A stretch of 60,724 nt of DNA, filler included, from Ionaspis alba (lineage: Eukaryota): NCBI GenBank assembly GCA_964255285.1. It is 6 parts of 6 records of this genome, joined end to end, with 100 filler letters (N's around TTAATTAATTAA, not from the genome) between each part and the next. Parts side by side here need not be neighbours in the genome. Positions count along the whole stretch, not along the records: positions 50,732 to 60,724 come from CAXUUL010000635.1; 5 more parts are not named here. One strand, 5' to 3'. The notes beneath the pieces are model-generated. The model searched no databases. It was not told where the DNA came from and saw only the letters and a program-made list of their open reading frames with translations. The translations under genes and the position numbers were made by a program. This document shows positions 52,201-60,724 of the stretch, in pieces; the first letter of the stretch is position 1; the number at the start of each line of letters is the position of its first letter.

Positions 52201-53085
52201 TCACTCTCCATTGCCCTTTTTCGGTCTGAACCATACCTGCCTCAATCTATCCGCCGCCTATATACCCACTTCAGTAGCTACGGACTTCCGTGAGTCTTTC
52301 CACAACTTCGACTTCACGTCCGGCGTGGTTCATATCTGTGGATCTCCACCTCATGTATTCCCCTCATGCTTCGAAGGATACCAAGATTTTACAATTTGGT
52401 AAAACAGTCCCATGACATATTGTTGTATAACAGGAGTCCTAAATGTTTTAGCTGCGACCAGGTCTGCAACATCCTGTACCCGTTGACTGCTAGAGCAATT
52501 CTACGCTCGGTGGGACGTCGATACTCCTCGTCATAGAGTGGCTCGGTGATCGTGATGTGCTCAATCTGTCCACGAGTCTTTTCTCGGATTTCAGAAATAA
52601 AACGCTGGAGGGCGTCCGACTCCGTTGGCAAGAAGTGATTACAGCGTTAGTAGAAGGGACAAGCCACCTCGTGCACTTCGTGAACTTCGTGGCAAGTCGA
52701 CAGCAGAGTTCGTTCCTTGGGTGATGTGGCACTGAGACCTGGGTTTGGTACGTCTGACCCTGACAGGCCGTTAGGAGCATGTGAGGGCGAAGTAGTAGCC
52801 CAGTCTCCTGATTTTGGTGGCAAGTAGTAGAATAATTTGAAATGCTTCGTTGAGTCTTTACACTTGGTATCAGCTGTGGATGCCTCGTTGGTCGAGGGAT
52901 TCGAGCGCTCCTGAGATGTCACCGTCTTGTCGGCCAAACTCTCCAATATTGTGGCTTCAGGTGAGAAAGTCCCAAGTGGACAAGTAGCGGAGGCAAGGAA
53001 TGAGACAGTAACATAAAGCGCCGTGGCGTCAAGGTTACCATGTACTTCGAATTGCGGGAACTTGATTGCTTCTTCCAAGGCATTG
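52201..53085 (-). pseudogene. Pseudogene paralogous to the neighbouring F-box-like gene
   Basis: FKLFYYLPP/(frameshift)IRRLGYYFAL, LLSTCHEV..CPFY*RCNHF..ALQRFI..IEHITI, KL*NLGILRSMRG and RLRQVWFRPKK. In-frame TAA at 52647 and 52389 plus frameshifts. Confidence 0.6.
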
Positions 53086-53311
53086 CGATCTTTCCAACCT
53101 GACTTTTATAACGCAGTGTGATAAGAGAGGTGCAACAGAAATAAGCAGACTCTTCTTTATGGCAAAGGACGTTACCGCCTTGGGAAGAGATGCGCATCCT
53201 GGTTGAGTACAGCCCCGTCAAAGAGTGCGTCTGGCAATGCGGGACGAGCTTCCAGCTGCTTTACCGGCCTCTCGATTCTGGAACGCTCAAGATTCTCACT
53301 AACTCCCCAAA

Positions 53312-54544
53312 CTAGACGTTTCGAATGACAGTGAATTCCAAGATCAAGAACACTCCGTACGCACCCAGCATCCCTCCTCCAATCCACCGGCTCCACCTCG
53401 CACCGACCCATACAGTGGCGGTCAGAGCAACAGTGCTCGCCACCATAACACCCAGCTCTGCGGCGTTGACCGAGCCCTTATCATAATCTCCTCCTGAGGC
53501 TAAGAACACGATTCCAAGACAGAGTGTGAGCAAGAAGATATTGCTACCAACCGTGTTAGCAACAAGAATGCCTGGCTGACCACGCGCTCCACTAATGACT
53601 GCTACAAACTTCTCCGGCAATGTCGTAGCAATGGACAGGATGATCACACCGAAGAGGACGTCCGAGATGCCCGTTTCATCACTGATTGTAGATGAAGCGT
53701 GGGAAAGTACGTAGCCGGATAGACTGATGGCTAAGAAGCCAAGCAGTAAGAAAAGTATGTGATAAATGAGTCCGTGTTTCAGTGGGCGAGCCCGATGAGA
53801 TCGTGATTTCGAGGAGTCAGACAAAACATCCGAGGCACCAGAGTCCTGTGCCAGTAGGGGAGCAGTCTCTCCATTCTGGGATGGTCGTATTCGTGCAACA
53901 CGGCTATGAGCCTTTGGTGCTCTACCGTCTTCCGCGACAGAGTCCGAGTCCGAGTCCGCACCTGAATTGGAGTCTGAATCTGAGTCGGAAAGCTCAGGTG
54001 CAGAAATTGCTCCATGGCTAATTGCCCAAGTGATGGAGACTACATATACGATGAAGGCTGCGATTAATACTCCGCCAAAAGCTCTCCAAGCGCGTTTTGT
54101 ACCAACGAAGGTAAAGATAGTGGCGACCGCCGTCAGTAAAAGAAGAAGCAAAGAATAGAGCCTTGAGCTCCTGTCAAACTTAATATCGACCTCTTTGGCG
54201 TAGAAAAGCAGCCCCAGCGAGAAGGCGCCTAGGATGTTGGCTATGACTGAGCCGATAATATTGCCAATTGCAAGGGAAGAGCGGTTCCGTGCTAGAGATG
54301 CCACTACCACCACCAACTAATTGCTCAGTGTAAGCGGATGTTAATATGAAGGAGCGGGAAGACTTGAACAGACCTCTTCCCATTCAGCTCCGGCAGTCAA
54401 TAAGCCAATCAGTGCTGGCGAAATGCCTGTTCTGCGGGCCACGATTGCCGTGTGGTCCACGAACCAATCTGCACCAGCTTCGAGGACGAAAAGCGCGCAC
54501 ACAAAGGCGGCGACATTGTAGGCAATGAGGTCACCGTCAGGCAT
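53312..54544 (-). CDS. Ca2+/cation antiporter (CaCA, Na_Ca_ex; YrbG-like)
   Basis: Two alpha repeats, GLLTAGAEWEE..AIGNIIGSVIANIL and SIATTLPEKFVAV..VANTVGSNIF, with an acidic SDSDSD loop. Intron 54373-54317. Confidence 0.88.
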
Positions 54545-54955
54545 TGCTGAAGCTGCAGATACAACAATACTATGCTACTAATCTCGAGAAGGAACAAACG
54601 ACAAGGACTTGTGCAAACGATCACGGGAAATCATCAACTTTGAGCATCTGGAGGCCGCCCGATACACGGATGTTCAGATCGGTCGTTGTGTAGCTTATTG
54701 CGAGGTAAACAATCCTACGTCATAACCACGTTATTTACTGAATGGATGTTTGTTCGTAAATTCCAATGATCCCATCCACCGCATACAAATATTACGTTAG
54801 ATCTGTCCGTAGTCCAACCAAAAGCCGGATTGTTGCCAACTTCCTATTTCGATTATCATCTGTTTCCGTTCCCAACCCTTCGAGCACCTTATTCATATCC
54901 CTCTCGACAATCAAATAAGCCAGAGCTCGGGTAACTTTTGTTGAGAATATATATA

Positions 54956-55165
54956 TGTCAATCTATGTTTTTCAAGCGTTCATTTATATATCGTTGAAGC
55001 GCTGGTTCATNNNNNNNNNNNNNNNNNNNNNNNNNNNNNNNNNNNNNNNNNNNNNNNNNNNNNNNNNNNNNNNNNNNNNNNNNNNNNNNNNNNNNNNNNN
55101 NNNNNNNNNNTGTCAATCTATGTTTTTCAAGCGTTCATTTATATATCGTTGAAGCGCTGGTTCAT
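54956..55165. other. N100 gap flanked by an exact 55-bp duplication (assembly artefact)
   Basis: 54956-55010 is identical to 55111-55165. Confidence 0.95.
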
Positions 55166-55894
55166 AATTCGTTCCATATTATCGAAACGTTGTGTGAATC
55201 TATCGAGAACTTGGAGATTGCCGTTCCCTTTCACAAGGCCGGAATGTCTGAATATTTTTCAAGTTCCTGGGAGGCGGTTTGAAAAGATTGTGGGATAAGA
55301 CTGAAATATGGCTGAGAATTGTTCAGAGGAGTAGTATCCATGATTTACTAATCTAAAGAGCAGAACAAAGGAAAGGAAGGAAATAAGTGTGTTGTGTAAT
55401 TGATCAAGCAGGATGTGTTGAAGTTTGATTTAGTAGGCGGGCAATTGAGGTTTAGGCTTGCCCGGACAACGAGTGGAGGCAAAACAACCACCCATTTTAC
55501 CGGGACCACATGGTGCTCGCCCTGGAGGCGCAGAACTGAGATACACAATGTCAGCACGGATACAAAGTGTTCGCGTCGAGTCTTAGAGGGGTGGTACAGG
55601 TCCCCTCTTCAATGTTCATTTAAGAAAGTCATAGCACGGTCACGAACAGTTTTGTTAACATTTGATTTACTTGGGTTTGATGTATTTGATTGAGAAGTAC
55701 ATAGGGATAACAAGCATTCTGTTGTTCAAGTGTAAGGAGTGGAGTGCCAGCCTCTGATGCCAAAAGCAACAAGCAAAGCGCATATTCTAAACCAAGACTC
55801 CTAAAACTCCGAAAACTCCGTAAACAAAAGAAATTATCCGGCACTTACCTGCCTCTTCAGGACGCCCACCGCTTTGCCCCTCGTAACCTCTCCT

Positions 55895-56498
55895 CTACGC
55901 CTCCCGGCACTTCTTACACAGGCCGGTCCATCTGCACGGCGTCATTAGAGGGAATAGTTCGCTGTTGTCCGGTCCCACGAACATCTTGACTTTTCCGTTC
56001 CCCTCGAACGCGACAAAGATTGACATCGCACCCCCACTCTGGGCGTAAGCCTCCTCGTCGTCGAGACACTCCCGGAACTCCTTAAGAATGAAGCTTCGAA
56101 GTTTGCGATGATACAGACAACCAGGGCAGACACGAAGCGCCGAGTGAATTTCGCATGTGGAGCTGAGGAGAATTGGTCCGCTTCCGAAGTTTGAGAAGCC
56201 GTTGATCTTGAGCCATCCAGCACGTGTGGGGACGTATGACAGGAAGTTGCGGCGCATGAAGTTTGCGCACTCCTCGACTGTGAAGTAATCGATGAAGAAA
56301 AGAATGCCTGTATTCACGAGCGAAACCGTGAGTAGAAGCTTGATGAGGATGGGTGATAGGAAGACGCGGCTCATGAAGCTAGCGCTCTCCTTGATTGTGA
56401 AGTTATCGATGAAGAGAAGAATGTCCGTGTTCACGAGCGAACCAATCAGCAGAAGCCTGATGAGAGGACCGAGAAGGTCAGGCATTCCTGAGGACATG
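55895..56498 (-). CDS. Hypothetical protein with a tandem 39-aa repeat and Cys motifs
   Basis: ORF from MSSGMPD; two copies of LI.LLL..SLVNT.IL.FID.FT..E.A.FM.R.FLS; CEIH, CPGC and CKKC motifs. Start and 3' end are uncertain. Confidence 0.5.
56241..56464. repeat. Diverged tandem duplication with a 117-bp period
   Basis: 56241-56347 aligns without gaps to 56358-56464. Confidence 0.85.
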
Positions 56499-57220
56499 CT
56501 TAGTGTTGTGCTGGTCTGGAACTTATATAGATTTAGGCGCTGTGGATCTGAATGTTGATGATCGGCTTCTTGGAAACGATGATGAGAAAGGATAGATTTC
56601 ATGGGGTCTATATAGGCAGTTCGGAACAGAGCAGCTGTACAAAGATGCTTGTCATTGGCATTGTTGGGGACAATGGGATTGTAATGTACCTCTGTTCCAT
56701 TGTACGATTGTGAGCGATCAGTACCCCTTCTGCCTTTGTTCAGAAAGCCCAAGGTTGACAAAGGGTAGAATAGCAACCACTCGTTGACAGTTGTGCGTTA
56801 CCCTCGGCCACGAGAAAGAATTTTTTCGAGCAATAATATTTCTTCCATCAGCGAGAGTAGACAGTAGATTTGCCACGTAATTAATAAGAAACATGATGTT
56901 CAAATCATCGCTGACAATGATATATTCATTCCTGGTGACATAAGATTTAATGTTCTAGTGGTACTAAGTGTTCGCGCACTGAGCCATGGTCGACGCGAGA
57001 TTCTGCGTAACATCAGTCTCATAGTGCACCAAACAAAGAGGGATTGCCTTAACCTGTATCATTCGATGTCAAGCTTCGTACTAGCAGACTGTCCTCCTAG
57101 ATGAGCTAGCGTACAACATTGGCGGCCTCTCGCTATGGTCTTGCCCTCTTACTATGTCGGTAGTCGGTACGGTTACGATTCGCACATGCTGGTATGGCTC
57201 CGAAAAAACTCGAGCGCTGC

Positions 57221-58837
57221 CTACATCAGTCCTCCCAAAACCACCTTTCCGATACCTGCCACTTCGCTCTTGATGCCACTCCTAGTTGCATCCTCAAACT
57301 CCTTGACAATCCCTGACACCATGACCTTTCGAACCCGTCCATCTGNNNNNNNNNNNNNNNNNNNNNNNNNNNNNNNNNNNNNNNNNNNNNNNNNNNNNNN
57401 NNNNNNNNNNNNNNNNNNNNNNNNNNNNNNNNNNNNNNNNNNNNNTCCTCAAACTCCTTGACAATCCCTGACACCATGACCTTTCGAACCCGTCCATCTG
57501 CTTTGGAAAAGGCCTCTCCAACTCCTAAAACACAAGACGTTGGCGAGTTGACTAGACTCATAATTCGTACGTAGCAATCGATGAGAACATCACACAACGT
57601 AGCAAACGTTTCGTAGAAGTCGGGATCGAATGGAAGTGAAGGAGTAAGCAGATATGTATATTCTTCTCCCGGAAGAAGCTCTTGCTCACTTGCGGCAAAG
57701 GAAACGTTGGACGATGCTATCGGCAATCCGTTTCCGTTCATTGATTTCAGATCTGCTGGATCACTCGTATTCATTGGGAGTCCAATGTCAGCGGCAGAGC
57801 TCGTTCGTCGGCCTTTAGAGCCTGTGCTGTAATTCGATCGTTTGAACATTTGTGGGATACGTGCCCGAGACAGGGAAGAGGCTCCGGTCCCATCTGTTGG
57901 ATGGACCTGCTGATACGATTCGAATTCGCCGAGCAGAGCATTAAACATACGCAGATAGTCCAGAGCACTAGTGGTATTCAATTCGAGAACGGTAGGAAGA
58001 GAAAGGCCTAAGAGAAGAAAGTTCGTAGCTCGTCGGGCAAGCCTTTTCGCCTCGGAACTGTGCATCCTTGATATATCGGTCTTGCTTATCCAAAGAGTGT
58101 TATACCAGTACCCTCGCCCTTGGTGCCTGGTTTGATAAGTCAGCGACATATCGCGTTTGTGGCGGAGCGACTGCCAGAGCTTTTACGACCACTTACGCTC
58201 TTCTCAAATAGTCCAAGGTCGAAACGCGCTTTGCAGCCATCTCTTGAATATGCTGGTACACAGTAGCCGGATTGAACGAGTTGGCAATCGCTGGCCCTCC
58301 AACTGCCGTTCCTGCACTCTTCTGAAAGTTGATCAGAGCCTCTGAGACATCTATGTTTCTCCCATTGGGACCTCCCCTTCCCCCTTCATCCGTCGAAGTT
58401 GGAGCAACCATTTCCTCGCCTTCAGGCAGTTGTGTAAGATCGGCGGTAGAGACAGACGCGGACGGACCACGGGTGCGTGGCGCTCCTGATGTCAAGCTGT
58501 CGGTAGATGCCTCCTGTCGTAGTAGGGGTGAGGGCGCGAGCTTTGTGGCGGGAAATGATGGTGCGTGCTTCAATTGACGGGATGGGCTGCCATTCTGGTC
58601 TGCGAAGAATGAGGGCGTACTGGTCGATGCGGCAGCAGAAGTATATGCCGATGGGACGGAGTCGCTAGCATCTAGAGCAAGGTCTGTCCGTGTACTGGAA
58701 TTGGACACTTGACCGGAGAGGCCTGAGATTGACTCCGTGCGATGTGCAATGCGCTTTGCCGAAGATTTGAGAAAGAGATTGGCTTTAGAGAGGATGCCCG
58801 CATTGTTTGTAGGCTGGAGGCCAACTGTCGGGTCCAT
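57221..58837 (-). CDS. Conserved-looking fungal hypothetical protein (interrupted only by an assembly gap)
   Basis: S/T-rich N-terminus, then KRVSTLDYLRRA|HQGRGYWYNT..NFLLLGLSL..YTYLLTPSLPFDPDFYETFATLCDVLIDCY..GKVVLGGLM*. Intron 58196-58127; the frame is restored by collapsing the 55-bp duplication. Confidence 0.75.
57291..57500. other. N100 gap flanked by an exact 55-bp duplication (assembly artefact inside a CDS)
   Basis: 57291-57345 is identical to 57446-57500. Confidence 0.95.
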
Positions 58838-59167
58838 CTCGGAGGTCTCACGCCCCGGGGGGACTTAGGCGCTTCCGAGTACCGGTACGGAGGCGGTCCG
58901 TAACCTCCGTGGTTTCCTGGTCGCTATTTCTCGAAAAGAGCCATTGTTCTCGAGGCAGTAAGTTGGGCCAGCATTGATGTGTAAGAAGGAATTGTCAATG
59001 CGTGTCAGCCCTTAGGTTACCATACTGTTAGACTTCGAAGAGAATTTCTAGCCCACGCGGCTGGACTTCCACACAACTGCTGTGCCGGCGCCACTCCCGG
59101 CGTAGCACGTCCACATTATTGTGCCACACCGCTGAGGAAACCAATAAGAGATTTTATCTTTCCCAGG

Positions 59168-60704
59168 ATGTCACCTCAAGAGGATTTGGCAGTGCCTGAG
59201 CCAGGCCACTGGCCGGTTGATCCTCAGGAGGACGTCGCAGTCTCTAAGGATAGGATTTGGATAGATGGGTGTTTTGATTTCAGTCACCATGGTAAATGAA
59301 CCTCATCCCCAGTGATACCCTGTCTCTGGTTTGATTGATCGGATCGACGCAGGACACGCAGGAGCAATGCTTCAAGCACGTCGACTGGGAAAAGAGCTAC
59401 TTGTTGGTGTCCACTCAGATGAAGCTATCCTTGAAAACAAAGGACCCACAGTGATGACGCTCAAGGAACGGTAGGGTAGGCTTCTCTGCTTAACCACTGA
59501 CGAGAGCATACTGAGAATGGTTCAGCATATCTGCAGTCGATGCTTGTCGATGGTCTACGCTCTCTATTCCCCATGCTCCATATGTCACGTCACTTCCATG
59601 GATATCTCATTATGGCTGTCAGTATGTTGTTCATGGAGACGATATTACCTCAGACAGCAGCGGTGAAGACTGCTACCGATTCGTGAAGGCAGCAAATCGT
59701 TTTCTTGTTGTGAAAAGGACTCCAGGAATCTCAACCACTGATTTGGTCGGTCGTATGCTTCTCTGCACGAAAGGACATTTCATTAGGTCCCTGATTCGTA
59801 CCCTTGATGGCGAGGAAGGATATGGGAGTCCTGACGAGAGAAAGCAGGTGGGACAGGATATAAGACAACGAATCAGAGATTATGCAACTGATGCGACTGG
59901 ACTTGGGCCAGGCGCTCAGGTATGGAGCTGGAATGCCTCGCAATCCGCAATGAAAGACCAGATTTCAGAGGAAGCTGGAAGCCATCAAACAATGGTCGAT
60001 GGTATTTCCCCTAAACCTGGCCAGCGAATCGCATACGTCGATGGAGGCTTCGATCTATTCTCCTCAGGGCATATCGAGTTCCTTCGTCAGGTAGTGCATG
60101 CTGAAGAGGCTCGCGGCCGAAAAACGGGCTGGTATGAGGAGACTGCGAAGGCGAGTCGCCTAGCTAAATTTGGAGAAGACTTTGCACCTGCCTGGATTGT
60201 TGCAGGTGTACATGACGACGAAGTCATCAATCATTGGAAAGGCGTCAATTATCCTATTATGAACATTTTCGAACGAGGCCTTTGCGTTTTGCAATGCAGA
60301 GTATGTTCTGGGATAATCTCGGTATATCGTCTTGCTAACTGCATAAGTACATCAATGGAGTAATCTTCTCGGCACCGTTCACACCCACAAAATCATACCT
60401 GGAGAACATTCCATATGGACCAGCCCAGGCAGTCTATCACGGTCCAACAGCGTTCATGCCACTGACGTATGATCCTTACATAGCTCCAAAAGAAATGGGG
60501 ATCTTTCATGAGGTCGGCAACCATGATTTTCAAAATGTCAACGCTGGAGAGATCGTGCAAAGAATCATGAAGAGCCGTGCCATGTATGAAGAACGGCAGC
60601 GCGCTAAGGGCGAGAAAGCTGCGGGAGAAGAGGCAGTTAGAAGAAGGGAACAGCTCGAGAAGGAGGCGGCGGATTTGGAGCAGCAGAGAGCGGTCAACAG
60701 ATGA
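59168..60704 (+). CDS. ECT1: Ethanolamine-phosphate cytidylyltransferase
   Basis: Two cytidylyltransferase domains: WIDGCFDFSHHGHAGAMLQA..VGVHSD..HGDD..KRTPGISTTDLVGRML and YVDGGFDLFSSGHIEFL..KGVNYPIMNIFERGL. First intron 59292-59352; two more near 59471-59526 and 60301-60347. Confidence 0.93.
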
Positions 60705-60724
60705 GACGGGTCCTTGTTCTAGTG

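Overview
Intron-rich DNA from a filamentous ascomycete (Pezizomycotina-type genes and CTRAC/YAG introns). The window is not contiguous. It is six unrelated scaffolds of 10071, 10066, 10044, 10035, 10015 and 9993 bp, in descending size, joined by N44-TTAATTAATTAA-N44 linkers; three of the four internal N100 gaps are flanked by 55-bp duplications (assembly artefacts). Scaffold 1: DUF1295 protein, choline/amino-acid permease, acyl-protein thioesterase, POP1. Scaffold 2: PKR1, C2H2 zinc-finger factor, GTPBP-like GTPase (truncated). Scaffold 3: STL1-like sugar porter, PTH11-like membrane protein, TRI7-like acyltransferase. Scaffold 4: FWD1/beta-TrCP F-box protein, CDC24. Scaffold 5: Uma2-like nuclease, transketolase, CMD/AhpD protein, DHA1 MFS transporter. 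Scaffold 6: F-box-like gene with a decayed paralogue, Ca2+/cation exchanger, two hypothetical genes, ECT1. The most notable observation is that the thioesterase stop (UGA-CUC) is followed in frame by 42 codons encoding a hydrophobic helix and a strongly basic tail, a candidate stop-codon-readthrough tail anchor. Other leads are a 399-nt permease intron with cryptic poison acceptors and competing splice sites that would include or drop a zinc finger. All gene models were read by eye; no database searches were run.
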